A DNA stretch of 64,000 bases from an uncultured Acidobacteriota bacterium (GCA_963804995.1 CAWDSK010000005.1:896001-960000), one strand, 5' to 3'. Positions 10,879 to 21,743 are shown, counted from the first letter of the stretch. Translations and numbers: made by a program. Notes: generated from the sequence alone by a model not told the origin.

Positions 10879-11849
10879 ACCCGCACCCCTTTCGCGGTGA
10901 GGATCGGACGCAAGGCCCGGCGGAGGTTCTCCCCCAAAATCAGCGGGCGCGCGGACGGAGGAACATTGGCGCCCATCACTTTGGCCAGTTGCGACGCAAA
11001 GCTCCGCCCGCCAATGTCGCTGCCATACATGACATGCTCGGCGCCCAGTTCACGAACCGCCATTTCCGTCCACCCGGAGGCAGGACCAAACCCACCCAGA
11101 TCGGCGTAAACATTCTTCAAGCCACGAAGGGAAGGAATTCCGAGCTCCCAATTGGCCCCGGTGTGCCCGCAGACGATGGTCACGGAGGGATGGCGGCGGG
11201 CCAACTCAGCGAGTTCCACGGGCGTGGATTCCCCCACATCATTCCCGGTGGTCTTGATACAGGTGTGGTGCATGACAACCGCCTTCAACTCACCCGCGCG
11301 CGCGATGATCGGATCGAGTTCGGGCGAGCTGGCCAGACGCGGTGTGTCCCACTCAAACTTCAAGCCGACCATAGGGCCGTCGCGAACACACCGATTCAGC
11401 TCGTCGAGGCAGTCATCGACGTAGGAGGGATCCATGAAGGCGTAACCCAGGGCGCGGCCGTGTGAGTATTTCAGGGCCTCCATGACCTCATCGTTCTGCT
11501 TGCGCATGGCCTCCGGACCCACGTGGAACTTTAGTTCCATTCCCAAGAACACGCACATCCGTTCGATGCCCATGCGGTCGGCGTAACGGAGCATGTTCTG
11601 CATCCGCTCCGCTGGCGTCGAACCTTCGAAACCCATCAGGTGGCAATGCCCATCCCAGATATGCAGGGACTTGAGAGTGTTCATATCAACCAATCCCGTG
11701 GTCGGGGACAGGGAGGGTGAAGACTGTTCCATGGCCTCCCCGCCCGAGTCAGGGTAGTTCGACCCAGCCACACTGCGGGCGGCAACGCCTGAAACAGCGA
11801 GCCCTGCGGATGTCCGGTACAAGAATTGACGACGAGAAAAGTCTTTCAC
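10875..11849 (-). CDS. Tat-exported metal-dependent amidohydrolase (copy 2)
   Basis: GTG start after GGAGGG; SRRQFL Tat motif; WDGHCH, VMHHT, GHTGA, YGSD; paralog of 8943..9926. Confidence 0.87.
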   Translation of the reverse strand: MKDFSRRQFLYRTSAGLAVSGVAARSVAGSNYPDSGGEAMEQSSPSLSPTTGLVDMNTLKSLHIWDGHCHLMGFEGSTPAERMQNMLRYADRMGIERMCVFLGMELKFHVGPEAMRKQNDEVMEALKYSHGRALGYAFMDPSYVDDCLDELNRCVRDGPMVGLKFEWDTPRLASSPELDPIIARAGELKAVVMHHTCIKTTGNDVGESTPVELAELARRHPSVTIVCGHTGANWELGIPSLRGLKNVYADLGGFGPASGWTEMAVRELGAEHVMYGSDIGGRSFASQLAKVMGANVPPSARPLILGENLRRALRPILTAKGVRV

Positions 11850-11920
11850 GTTTGACCCTCCCTGCCGGGCTAATACGGAGTTATTCTCGATGGCATTTCA
11901 TTCGCCATCCAGAGAAGAAC

Positions 11921-11951
11921 CCACGGTCAGCACGGCACTGACCGTGGCTAC
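11921..11951 (-). repeat. GTAG-type REP-like palindrome
   Basis: Perfect 10-bp inverted repeat CCACGGTCAG-N7-CTGACCGTGG followed by CTAC. Confidence 0.55.
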
Positions 11952-11962
11952 CAGATCTGGCT

Positions 11963-14173
11963 CTACTCTACGACGGCGATGGAATAAACATTCTCACTCA
12001 GTACTTTCGAGTCCTGCGTAAGCGTCAGAACCAGTTGATAGGTGCCCGGGGAAACCTCAGCGGGGAGGGTCGAATAGAGCTTCGGGAGTTGCACCACTCC
12101 GTCCGAAGGAATCACCTCTTTGGGTTTTCCGCTTGCGAGTGTGAAGTCCTTTCCCTGGCCTCGCAGATGGACTTCATAGGTAGCTCCGGCAAGTTCACGG
12201 TGTTCATCGTTAATGACCCATAAATCCAGGGGAATGCCTAAGCCCACCTCAGCGACGTGTTGCGGGTCCTTGCCTTTGCTCCATACGGTTCGGGCGAGAT
12301 CGGCTTCGATCAGCACGGGCTGAAAGGTCTGCTGGATTGCGTAGTAACCCAACTTGGGTTTGCGTCCGTAACTGACGACGGACCAGGTGATGGCCGGCCA
12401 GCAATCGATAAACTCGAACTGGAAGAAGGAGCCAATGCGCGTGTATTTGGCGCGGCGGTAATGCTCAATGGCGTATTTCAGGAGGTCCGCCTGGTAGCGT
12501 TGCGAGTTGTCCACAAACTCCGCCCAGCCTGTGGGCATGGGGAGTTTCGCGTCCCGGAACGTCTGTTCATACTGGAAATCGTGATAGGCAAGCTTGTCCC
12601 AATCGGGCGGCCACGCGTCGCCAAACATCTCGCGCACTTCTTCGAGCGAGGGCAGCGCCTGCGCCCCCAGTTCAGAAATGATGGGTCCACGAGGGGCCGT
12701 AAGATAGTTGTGGAAGTCGTTTTCATACCAGCCATCGTAGATGTGCTCATTGAAGGCCGAGACCGGGCGGACCGGACGCGAGGAGTCCTCCTGCGCGCCC
12801 ACCCGCGCCAGGAAAGGATCGAGCACATTCACGTTGTACGCCGTAGATTCATTCTGGCAGACCCAGGTGATGATGCACGGATGGTTGTAGAATTGCCGGA
12901 TCATGTCGCGAAGCTGGCGCGCGGCTTCCTGCATCAAGGTGTCGGAGTGAGTGTAATCCCATTGCAGGGGAAAGTCCTGCCAGGCCACAATGCCGGCGCG
13001 GTCCAGTGCTTCGTACAGTTCGTGGCGGTTCATGTGCACGCACACCCGCACTCCATTCACGTGCGCGTCGCGCAGCAGCTTGATGTCCTGGGCAATCAGT
13101 TTCGGCGTGTAATGCGCCAGCCACATGTCAGGCACGATGTTGGTGCCGCGAATGAAGAAGCGGACGCCGTTCAGCCGCCACTCGCCGGTCTTCTCGTCGA
13201 GCGTGATGGTGCGCACGCCAAACACAATATCGCGGTGATAAACCGGCTCGCCCTGCGCGGTGAGGGTAAGCTTAGCAGTGTAAAGGTAGGGGTCCCCCAG
13301 GTCCCACGTCCACCACAGGTGTGGCTGCTCGAGAGGAAGCACCAGCACCACGGTTCCGTCGGTAGTCGTGAGGTCTACCGGAGAGGTCACGGTGGCCCCG
13401 CCCGCCGCGATGGTCAGACTGTAGTGTCCGGCCTGGGCGGCATGGACCTCCGCCGTGATGAAAATCTTGGCATCGACACCTTCATCCTTTTCGTGCCCAG
13501 GCGTGAGTTTGCGATCGTAGAGAAAGGGCTGGATCTTCACGTCGCCCAGCCACGCCGTGCGCCGCACCTCAAGCTCCACGCTATTCCAGATGCCGGCTGA
13601 GGTCCCTTCCTGGCCGCTCTTCATCAGCACGCTGCCCGGCTTACAATCCCAATGCGAGAGCACGCCTTTGATCATGCGCTTGTGGTCCGGCCAAACCGTG
13701 TCGGGTTCTTCAAACGGCGCGTCCACAGTGACCACGAGATGATTGTGGCCTCGCTTGATTTGGGGGGTCACGTCGAACTCAAAGGTCTGGAAATAACCTT
13801 CATGGTGGCCCACGGAGGAGCCATTGAGCTCCACGTCTGCAAAGTAATCCACGCCATGAAAAATCAGGAAAACACGCGCGCCGGCGGCGGGCGGCTGGTC
13901 GAAATCAAAGTCGCGCTCAAAACGCACGCGCCCATTGAAATTCGCGAGGCCGTTCAAATGCCAGTTGGAAGGAATCGCCATCTTCCCGGAGGGTGGCAGG
14001 TTTGATTTGTCATCGACGATCGAACCATCCGCCTTAAGGGTGGTGCGGGCCAGGGGTTGATAGTTCCAGCTTCCGTCGAGCCCGACCGGCTCGCGAATTC
14101 CCACATCCTTGGCAGGGACGCGAGTGGTGGCCAGGAGCAAAACGAATAGAAGAAGAGCAAGCTTGTGGCGCAT
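11963..14173 (-). CDS. Secreted GH2 glycosidase, beta-mannosidase-like
   Basis: Signal peptide; FHGVDY...HHEGYF, NHPCIITWVCQNE (acid/base), ISELGAQA (nucleophile). Confidence 0.85.
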   Translation of the reverse strand: MRHKLALLLFVLLLATTRVPAKDVGIREPVGLDGSWNYQPLARTTLKADGSIVDDKSNLPPSGKMAIPSNWHLNGLANFNGRVRFERDFDFDQPPAAGARVFLIFHGVDYFADVELNGSSVGHHEGYFQTFEFDVTPQIKRGHNHLVVTVDAPFEEPDTVWPDHKRMIKGVLSHWDCKPGSVLMKSGQEGTSAGIWNSVELEVRRTAWLGDVKIQPFLYDRKLTPGHEKDEGVDAKIFITAEVHAAQAGHYSLTIAAGGATVTSPVDLTTTDGTVVLVLPLEQPHLWWTWDLGDPYLYTAKLTLTAQGEPVYHRDIVFGVRTITLDEKTGEWRLNGVRFFIRGTNIVPDMWLAHYTPKLIAQDIKLLRDAHVNGVRVCVHMNRHELYEALDRAGIVAWQDFPLQWDYTHSDTLMQEAARQLRDMIRQFYNHPCIITWVCQNESTAYNVNVLDPFLARVGAQEDSSRPVRPVSAFNEHIYDGWYENDFHNYLTAPRGPIISELGAQALPSLEEVREMFGDAWPPDWDKLAYHDFQYEQTFRDAKLPMPTGWAEFVDNSQRYQADLLKYAIEHYRRAKYTRIGSFFQFEFIDCWPAITWSVVSYGRKPKLGYYAIQQTFQPVLIEADLARTVWSKGKDPQHVAEVGLGIPLDLWVINDEHRELAGATYEVHLRGQGKDFTLASGKPKEVIPSDGVVQLPKLYSTLPAEVSPGTYQLVLTLTQDSKVLSENVYSIAVVE

Positions 14174-14392
14174 GACGAGACTTCTCCTTTGGACGGAGAG
14201 CGATTGCGAGGCGAGGGTCGCAGCGCAGGATTGTAACGGATTTACAGCTGCAGCGATAGGATTACAGTTTGAATGTTGGTGGTGGGTCAGTTTGGCTAAT
14301 TTCCAGCAGGCAGGGGCCGGTTGTAGGATCCAGTGGGGAAGGCCCCAACTCGAAATGATGTTGGACCTGATTGAGGAATTGGACCGGGAGAA

Positions 14393-15792
14393 CTATCTGC
14401 CAATACACTCCCCGCCTGCTGCCGTGAATCGGGTGCGCAACTGAGGGGTCAACGCTTCGACAGACTCGGCTCTGCCGCTGAATACGGACGCAAGAATCAT
14501 CAACCCAAACAGGGTGTCTTCCTCGAACGGTGTGAGCCGGTACGGGGTTTCAAATCTCTCGCGAATGATTTCCCGCAGCACCCCGAGCTTCGAAGCAAGT
14601 CCGCCTGAGAACAACAGCTTCTTCCACGATTTCTCCGGCCACAGTTGTTGTGCGTAGTCGTAGTAATTGTCGGCCATATTTTTGAAAGCCGCGCGAAACA
14701 GATGCCCGACTGTCAGATTGTTTCCATGAATATTCGAGATTTGCCCGCGATCCCCGCGCGGGTTGGGAAAGAAGCTGAGATTTACTTCCAAATCCGTGTC
14801 GGTTATTGCCGCGGCTGCCTGCGCAATCGATTTCCAGGGATCCTCCAGGTCAACACCCTGGGCCTTCGCTAAATCGCCTAGCAGATCCACAAGCACATTC
14901 AGTGACCGCCCCGCCGGCGCACCGGTAAAAGTATTGAGGAACTTTCCATCGAAGAAGGGGCGGGTCTGGTAGTCGCCCGGGGTCAAACTTTGGGTCATCC
15001 GGCTGACCTGCGAGCCGGTGGAGATATTCAGCGAGATTTCCTCCGGGCCAAGCAGCGCCCCCAACAACGCACCCTGATAATCCCCTATGGGCGTGTAACA
15101 AGGTAAGCGCGTGCCGCCCGCGATCAGATTCCCCACCACTTCGCCATGTTCGCGTATGACGGGCCACGCGAGGCCGCTCAAGCCCATCTCCGCGATGATC
15201 TCGTGGTGCCAGCTTGAGGTGGGGCGAGGTTCAGCGCCCCATGAGCGGCGGCATTGGTTAATTCCGTTGCGGGAGGCGCATCGCACAAAACGCTGAGTAC
15301 ATAATCCGGGATCGAGGCAGGGATGAGACCTGTCGCAAGCTTGCCTTGTTCCGCGAGCCAAAAAAGAAAACAGACCGGTCTTCCCGGTTCCAACTCGTTT
15401 CCCGTTTGCATTACGAACTGGGGATTCAGTCGCTCGAGAAGAACCTCAAAATAAGATCCCTTGCCGGAAGGATGCGGCGCGACCGCGCGTTGATCGCGCC
15501 ACGACACGCAGTTTGACATCGCCTCGCCACGGGTGTTCATCAAAACCACACCGTGCATTTGCGAGCACATGACAATCCCTTCGCAATTCCGCGCCTGAAG
15601 GGAAAGCTGTTCGATCAACGCTCGCGTGGCGGCTACTACCTCTCGGGGATCGAACTCGCACTCAAAGGGACCCGCAGCCGCCAGCGGAGCGGGGAAGGGG
15701 ACGCGCTGGACATGCTCCAACTGCCAGGCCTCCAGATTCAAAACACCGCCCTTGATGAACAACGTCCCGAGATCGATCCCGATGAATGACAT
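14393..15792 (-). CDS. FGGY-family sugar kinase (sedoheptulokinase-like), frameshifted as assembled near 15222
   Basis: ORF 15178..15792 gives IGIDLGT and SQMHG; ORF ending 14393 gives GDYQGA, NISTGSQ, FSGG; frames join at a G run (GALNLA/TSSWHHE). Confidence 0.8.
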
Positions 15793-15801
15793 ATCCGCCG
15801 C

Positions 15802-16737
15802 CTAGCGCGCCTCCTGGAAAGCGCGGGAGTGGAATTCCATCGAGGCTGCCGCGTGGGCGAGAAAATAATCCACGCCGTGGCCGCCGGGATAAATGTGGAA
15901 CTCGTGCTGGACTTTCAATGCGTCGAGTTCCTCATGCAAAGCTCTCGCGCCCCGGTCGAAGCCGAAACTGTCCTCGCTCCCGCAATCGAAGTAGATCTTG
16001 AGACCTGCTAACGCCCGGGCATTTCTTTTGGCTAGAACAAACGGGCTATTTTCATTCCAGAAAGCAACGTCGATGGGACTGCCAAAGAGCGCGCCCAGCA
16101 TCCCTGCGAGTGGACTCTCGCCGGTGGCGTGGTTCGACGTGTGCGGCGCCTCGGTGACCAGGGCGGCGCTGTGGGCACTCACCGAGCCAAAGAGTTGCGG
16201 ATTTGTGAAGGCAAAGCGCAGTGCCCCGAAGCCCCCCATCGACATTCCCGTAATGCCCCGCGAGTATCGCCCCGCACGCACGCGGTACTTGTGCTCGATG
16301 CTGGGGATGAACTCTTGCAGGAAGAAATCACTATAACGAACGCGGCCGTCGCGCGAGTTGATGTAGAAGCTCCGCTCTGCGTCCGGTGTGACAATCAAGA
16401 ACTCACCGATCTTGCGCCGCTCGCGGAGATCCTGAATCAAACTCCAGGCTCCCGTGTTCATGAGGGACTGCTCGTTGTCACCCAGGCCGTGCAGGTCATA
16501 GAGCACAGGATAGCGGCGTACATCTTTCGCCGGCGGGTTCTGGCCCGGCGTCGCCTGGTCATAACTCGAAGGCAAAAAGGCGCAGTAGCGAACGGCCTGA
16601 CCCAAGATTCGGCTCGTGACCGCGCCGCACTCGATGCGCCCTTGGGCACGCGCGAAGTTGCATCCGGCCACAAGGAGCACGGCGAGTCCGATGGTCCGTT
16701 TGAACACGAGGGCGGGACGAGACGTGTATGCCATCAT
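15802..16737 (-). CDS. Secreted alpha/beta-hydrolase (putative esterase)
   Basis: YPVLYDLHG, GMSMGG nucleophile elbow, DCGSED, GGH; ATG at 16737 overlaps permease stop. Confidence 0.88.
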   Translation of the reverse strand: MMAYTSRPALVFKRTIGLAVLLVAGCNFARAQGRIECGAVTSRILGQAVRYCAFLPSSYDQATPGQNPPAKDVRRYPVLYDLHGLGDNEQSLMNTGAWSLIQDLRERRKIGEFLIVTPDAERSFYINSRDGRVRYSDFFLQEFIPSIEHKYRVRAGRYSRGITGMSMGGFGALRFAFTNPQLFGSVSAHSAALVTEAPHTSNHATGESPLAGMLGALFGSPIDVAFWNENSPFVLAKRNARALAGLKIYFDCGSEDSFGFDRGARALHEELDALKVQHEFHIYPGGHGVDYFLAHAAASMEFHSRAFQEAR

Positions 16738-18176
16738 TCGTAACGCAAAGCCTGCACGGGGTCGAGCCGGGCAGCCCGCGCGGCGGGATAAAGGCCGGAA
16801 ATCATGCTCACGAGGATGGCGAAGACAATCGCTCCCACCACCAGCCACCAGGGGACGGACCAGATATTCTCGGCCGGCAAATCCTGGCGCCGCAAATAGA
16901 TGTTGGTCCCGACGTTGATCACCCGGCCAATTGACCAGCCGAGGGCTACGCCCAGGATTCCGCCCACGAATCCCATGACCGCCGCCTCGGCAAAGAAGAG
17001 CTTCTTTACATCGCCGTCGCTTGCGCCGATCGCTTTCATGATTCCTATTTCCCGGCGCCGCTCCAAGATAGCCATCACCAGCGTATTCACAATTCCCAGC
17101 GCGGCCACGGTAAGTGCCAGGCTGCCAAAAATGCCGAGGAAGAGATCCAGCACGGCGAAAAAACGGCGCAGGTTGCGTGTGGCATCCAAAATCGAGAATG
17201 TATTGAAGCCCAGTTTCTTGATGGCGTCCTGCACCGACTCCACATCGTTGGGGCTTTTCACGCGCACGCTGAGGCTGAGATAAGTGGGCACCCGTGAAAA
17301 GTTGGCCTCGCTCTCGCGCATTCCGGTAGGCAACATTACGTGCAGGCTTTCGACCATCTGCAGGGGGAGGAAGACCCTCGCACCCGACGCGCCGCGGATG
17401 CCGTCGGGGTCCTGGTCCGTAATCCCCACGATGCGCAATTTTCTTTCGCGCGGCATGACGGAGAAAGACGCCGCCGCTGGCTCATCAACGTCACTCGAAG
17501 CCCCCGGCTGGGCGTGCGGCCGGCCGGGGGTCTTCCCCGCTACGGGTTTAGCCTCCGGAACTTGTGGCGAAAGTAAGCGCTCCGCGTAGCTGAGCGTGAT
17601 TTCTTTTCCGATCAACGCTTGCGTGTTGGCATTCAGCTTCGTGCCCGGATCTCCTGGTCCCGGATGAGTTCCCAGCAGGTCATTGGCGAACTGGATTTGC
17701 AGAATCGCCTCGTCGGCGCTGTCGGATGAGAAGAACTGGCCCTGGATATTTTCGAAGGCATCTTTTTCTCGTGCCGAGGGAGGCAGGCCCGCCACCATGG
17801 CGAGGTGCGGCTTGCCATCATAGTGGAACTCGGTTACGAATCGAATGTCGGGCGTCGCCTCGAGCACGTTGGGCAAGCGCGCGATCTCGAGTCGGGCGTT
17901 CTCATCAAGTGGGCGGCTCTCCGTGGGGGGCGGAGTGTTCTCCATGGGCCGCCGATTAAATCCGCGCAGACCCCGGCGTGAGGTCACCGCAATCGTGTCG
18001 AAGAGCCCGGATCGTGCCAGCCGGCGGTTGGCCAACTGTTGCAGGCCGATACCGAGGGAGAGCATTGCGACGAGCGAAGCAATGCCGACTCCAATGCCCA
18101 GCGTGGTCAGGGAATTACGCAGCACGGATTCACGCAGGTTGCGCGCGGCGAGCTCCACCAAGTCCCCGGTTTTCAC
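16734..18176 (-). CDS. ABC transporter permease, MacB/FtsX family
   Basis: RNSLTTLGIGVG N-terminal TM, large periplasmic loop, ERRREIGIMKAIGA, PAARAARLDPVQALRYE. Confidence 0.93.
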   Translation of the reverse strand: MKTGDLVELAARNLRESVLRNSLTTLGIGVGIASLVAMLSLGIGLQQLANRRLARSGLFDTIAVTSRRGLRGFNRRPMENTPPPTESRPLDENARLEIARLPNVLEATPDIRFVTEFHYDGKPHLAMVAGLPPSAREKDAFENIQGQFFSSDSADEAILQIQFANDLLGTHPGPGDPGTKLNANTQALIGKEITLSYAERLLSPQVPEAKPVAGKTPGRPHAQPGASSDVDEPAAASFSVMPRERKLRIVGITDQDPDGIRGASGARVFLPLQMVESLHVMLPTGMRESEANFSRVPTYLSLSVRVKSPNDVESVQDAIKKLGFNTFSILDATRNLRRFFAVLDLFLGIFGSLALTVAALGIVNTLVMAILERRREIGIMKAIGASDGDVKKLFFAEAAVMGFVGGILGVALGWSIGRVINVGTNIYLRRQDLPAENIWSVPWWLVVGAIVFAILVSMISGLYPAARAARLDPVQALRYE

Positions 18177-18955
18177 GAGGCCTCCTTTCCGGGTGCAACG
18201 GGGCTTCCTCCCTGCGAACCTCGATCCATGGTCCTCTGGGAGGTGGGGACGTGGGGTTGGTCAGCAACCACTTTTCCGTCGGCCAGGTAAATCAGACGCT
18301 GGGCGTAGCGTTCGGCGAGCGCCTGCTCATGGGTCACCAGTACAACCGTCATACCGAACTGCTCATTCGATTCGTGAAGCAAGTCCAGGATTTCGCTCCC
18401 GGTGCGGCTATCCAGATTGCCGGTGGGCTCATCAGCCAGCAGCAGGCTGGGGCGGTTCACCAGAGCGCGGGCAATCGAGGCGCGCTGCTGCTCGCCTCCG
18501 GAAAGTTGGCTGGGCCGGTGGGCGAGGCGCGCTCCCAAGCCGACGCGCTCCAAGGCCTCGCGAGCCAGGTTGAGCCGCCTGCCGCGCTCCATTTCCGCGA
18601 ACCGCATGGGCAGCTCTACATTTTCGAGGAGCGTCATGGTGGGGATGAGGTTAAACGCCTGGAAGACCATCCCTACGCTGTGCCGGCGATACCGGGAAAG
18701 CTCTTCGCCTGACATCTCGGCTAGATTGCGGTCATTGACGATCACGGCGCCCGCTGTGGGGCGGTCCAGCCCGGCGAGCAGGTTCAACAAAGACAACTTC
18801 CCGGACCCCGAGCTGCCAAGTAGTGCCACGAACCCGCCCGCAGCAACGTCGAGGGAGATTCCATCTACGGCACAGATCGTCGCCTCGCCCATGCGAAAGT
18901 GGCGCTGGACGCCCTCGGTGCGAATCGTGCCTGCACGTGCAGGGTTATCAGCCAT
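18173..18955 (-). CDS. ABC transporter ATP-binding protein, LolD/MacB type
   Basis: Walker [16 protein letters not shown] signature, [14 protein letters not shown]. Confidence 0.93.
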   Translation of the reverse strand: MADNPARAGTIRTEGVQRHFRMGEATICAVDGISLDVAAGGFVALLGSSGSGKLSLLNLLAGLDRPTAGAVIVNDRNLAEMSGEELSRYRRHSVGMVFQAFNLIPTMTLLENVELPMRFAEMERGRRLNLAREALERVGLGARLAHRPSQLSGGEQQRASIARALVNRPSLLLADEPTGNLDSRTGSEILDLLHESNEQFGMTVVLVTHEQALAERYAQRLIYLADGKVVADQPHVPTSQRTMDRGSQGGSPVAPGKEAS

Positions 18956-19118
18956 TGCTTCGCTCAATCTCCGTTTGACCAACAAGCTTGCCGAAGTCGC
19001 TGCCCAGATTTTTCCACATCGGCCCGCTGCCCAATCCCATTAAGATTTCTCCGAGGAGAGATTATGCCCCGGAACAGGTCGACCTGAAAACAATTCTGTG
19101 GACATACCGGATACATTG

Positions 19119-19146
19119 TTGACAGCGGAGTGAATGCCGGTAAGAT
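19119..19146 (+). promoter_or_regulatory. Sigma70-type promoter for the enolase-MFS operon
   Basis: TTGACA-16 bp-TAAGAT; inverted repeat GAAAACA-N10-TGTTTTC at 19157-19180 just downstream is a candidate operator. Confidence 0.55.
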
Positions 19147-19303
19147 GAGGCTGCGGGAAAACACGATTTGGATTGTTTTCAAATAGATTTGATTACATTC
19201 TCCCCGTGAGAGGCTTGCCCCCTACAGGCGAGGGCTCAGCGGGGAAACAAGAAATCATTGCCATCAACGCTGGGCGTCGTGGCGCTCTCGCGCCGGAGGA
19301 GAA

Positions 19304-20467
19304 ATGAAGATCGTCGACTTCCGAACCACCGTGGTTTCGATACCCTTCACGGAGCCTGAAACCTGGGCTTTTGGGAAAAGGCTGGGCGTGTCGAACGTCA
19401 TCATTGAACTCGAGACCGATACCGGCCTGATGGGGCTCGGAGAGGGTATGACCTTTCCCGCGGTGCGCGTGACGAATGAAATTTTGAAAACTATGCGCCC
19501 GCTGGTTTTGGGTCGCGACCCCTTCGATCAGGAGGTCATCCTGCATGAGTTGACCCACATTCACGGCTGGCATCATTTTCGCCACAGCGGCAATTGCGCT
19601 CTGGGCGGAATTGACATGGCTTTGTGGGATCTCGTAGGTCAGGCTTGCGGCCAACCGCTTTACAAACTCTTCGGCGGCGCGTTTCGTAAGGAAATTCCTT
19701 ATTACTTTTACGTTCCCGATAAGGACTTGCAACTGATGGCGGCAGATGCCCAGCGTGGTTGGGCTGAGGGGTTCCGGACCTTTTACGTGAAACTCGGCTG
19801 CGGCTTCGATCGCGATCTGGAAGTAGCGAGGACACTGCGGGAAGCTCTGGGCCCGGCAGCGAAATTGCGTGTGGACGCGAATGAGTCCTGGTCGAATGGT
19901 ACAGCAATCGAGCTGATGAAGCGGATGTCGAAGTACGACATTGAGTTCTTTGAACAGCCGTTGTATTTCTACGATCACGATGGCGCCGCCCACTTGCGCC
20001 GCACGCTGGGTCTTCCCGTGGCCGCGAACCAAAGCGCCTGGGACGAGGCGGATATCCTGGAAATCGTGAAGAAGGGCGCGGCGGACGTGGTGCTGACTGA
20101 CCAACATCAGCTCGGCAGTCTGTCACGCTTTCGCCGCGCCGCATGGCTGTTGGCTACGGCAGGCATTCCGGTGGTGAAACATACCTTCGGGGAATATGGT
20201 ATCTCAACAGCGGCCGGCATGCATGCCATCGCCAGTTGCCCTAACTTCACCATGGCGAACCAGACCCACTTCGGGGTGCTCACTGACGACGTGGTGGAAG
20301 GGGGACTCGCGAAGTTCAGGAACGGCTGCCTGACCCTGCCGGAGGGCCCCGGCCTAGGCGTCAAGCTTGACCGCGAGCGGCTGGCGAAGTATGCCCGGCA
20401 CTTCCATGAGCATGGAGAATATTCCGGCTACGGCTCGGGCGAAGATCTGGCGGGGCGCAGGGATTGA
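19304..20467 (+). CDS. Enolase-superfamily (mandelate racemase/glucarate dehydratase-like) enzyme
   Basis: IDMALWDLVG, PLYKLFGG, VDANE, EQP, GPGLGV motifs; GGAGGA RBS. Confidence 0.9.
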   Translation: MKIVDFRTTVVSIPFTEPETWAFGKRLGVSNVIIELETDTGLMGLGEGMTFPAVRVTNEILKTMRPLVLGRDPFDQEVILHELTHIHGWHHFRHSGNCALGGIDMALWDLVGQACGQPLYKLFGGAFRKEIPYYFYVPDKDLQLMAADAQRGWAEGFRTFYVKLGCGFDRDLEVARTLREALGPAAKLRVDANESWSNGTAIELMKRMSKYDIEFFEQPLYFYDHDGAAHLRRTLGLPVAANQSAWDEADILEIVKKGAADVVLTDQHQLGSLSRFRRAAWLLATAGIPVVKHTFGEYGISTAAGMHAIASCPNFTMANQTHFGVLTDDVVEGGLAKFRNGCLTLPEGPGLGVKLDRERLAKYARHFHEHGEYSGYGSGEDLAGRRD

Positions 20468-20492
20468 GCCTTGACCGAAGATGTGAGTGACC

Positions 20493-21743
20493 ATGAAAGC
20501 AAATCCCTGGGTGCTCGTGACGCTCCTGGCTCTTACCGCGACGGTGAGTTATCTGTGCCGTGTAAACGTCTCCGTAACGGGCGCGCTCATGATGCGTGAC
20601 CTGGGGATTTCCGCGGTCCAGATGGGCCGAGTGTTCAGTGCCCTAATATTGGGCTACGGGCTGTCGCAGATTCCTGCTGGGATGATGGCAGACCGCTGGG
20701 GCGCCCGCAAAATGCTGCTCGTTGCGGGCCTCTGGTGGACGGTCTTGACTATCCTGATAGCGGCGACCGGCTGGGGGTCACTCTCAGGCATCGCCAGTTC
20801 GCTCTGGGCACTGATTCTCCTGCGATTCATTCTGGGCGTTGGCGAAGCTCCCACTTACCCTGCTGCGGCGCAAGGTGTGGCGCGATGGATTCCCCCTCAC
20901 CGCCAGGGCTTCGCCAATAGTATCGTCCTGGTTTCCATCGGACTAGGGTCGGCGTTGGCTTCACCCTTCTTATCAACCATCATGGTCCATTGGGGATGGC
21001 GCGTCGCGCTTTTGACTTCGGCAATTCCAGCGTTGTTGGTGGCCGTGGCATGGGCCTTGGTTCGCGAGGACTCAACACGCGCGCCGGCTCGCACCGCGCC
21101 GGCTTCTACTGCAACCGGCCGCGGCCGTCTGCGCTCGCGAAGTTTCATTTGCCTCGTCATCAGTTACACACTCCAAGGGTATGTAGGGTACATCTTCCTC
21201 TTCTGGTTCTATCTGTACCTCGTCCAAGAACGACACTTCGATCTGCTGCGCGCCGGCAGACTTGGTAGCCTGCCTTGGATTCTCTCCATGGTTTCTATTC
21301 CCTTAGGAGGGATTGTTTCCGACCGCTTGGTTTCGGGTCGTATGGGCCTGCGTTGGGGCAGGCGTGCCGTCCCGTTGTTTGGCCTGACCTTTGCTGGCGT
21401 GTTTGTGGCCTTAGGAGCTTCGACCCAAAACGCATACACTGCGGTGCTGTGTTTGGCGCTGGCCACGGCTTTGGTTTTCACCGTGGAAGGTCCATTCTGG
21501 GCCGCCATGATGGAAGTGGCGAGCTCCAACACGGGCACGGCAGGCGGCGTGATGAACTTTGGGGCCAATTTCGGCGGCTTCATTTCGCCTGCCCTCACAC
21601 CCATTTTGGCGGCCCATTGGGGATGGAAAAACGCATTGTATGTGGCCGCGGTCACCTCCATCATTGGAGCGTGCTTTTGGCTGGGTGTTTCTCCTGGCGA
21701 TGCCCAGGCTCCCCGCGCGGAGACCCCTCCCGCGTGGGAGTAG
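20493..21743 (+). CDS. MFS transporter, anion:cation symporter-like
   Basis: About 12 TM segments; GMMADRWGAR motif A; LRFILGVGEAP. Confidence 0.9.
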   Translation: MKANPWVLVTLLALTATVSYLCRVNVSVTGALMMRDLGISAVQMGRVFSALILGYGLSQIPAGMMADRWGARKMLLVAGLWWTVLTILIAATGWGSLSGIASSLWALILLRFILGVGEAPTYPAAAQGVARWIPPHRQGFANSIVLVSIGLGSALASPFLSTIMVHWGWRVALLTSAIPALLVAVAWALVREDSTRAPARTAPASTATGRGRLRSRSFICLVISYTLQGYVGYIFLFWFYLYLVQERHFDLLRAGRLGSLPWILSMVSIPLGGIVSDRLVSGRMGLRWGRRAVPLFGLTFAGVFVALGASTQNAYTAVLCLALATALVFTVEGPFWAAMMEVASSNTGTAGGVMNFGANFGGFISPALTPILAAHWGWKNALYVAAVTSIIGACFWLGVSPGDAQAPRAETPPAWE

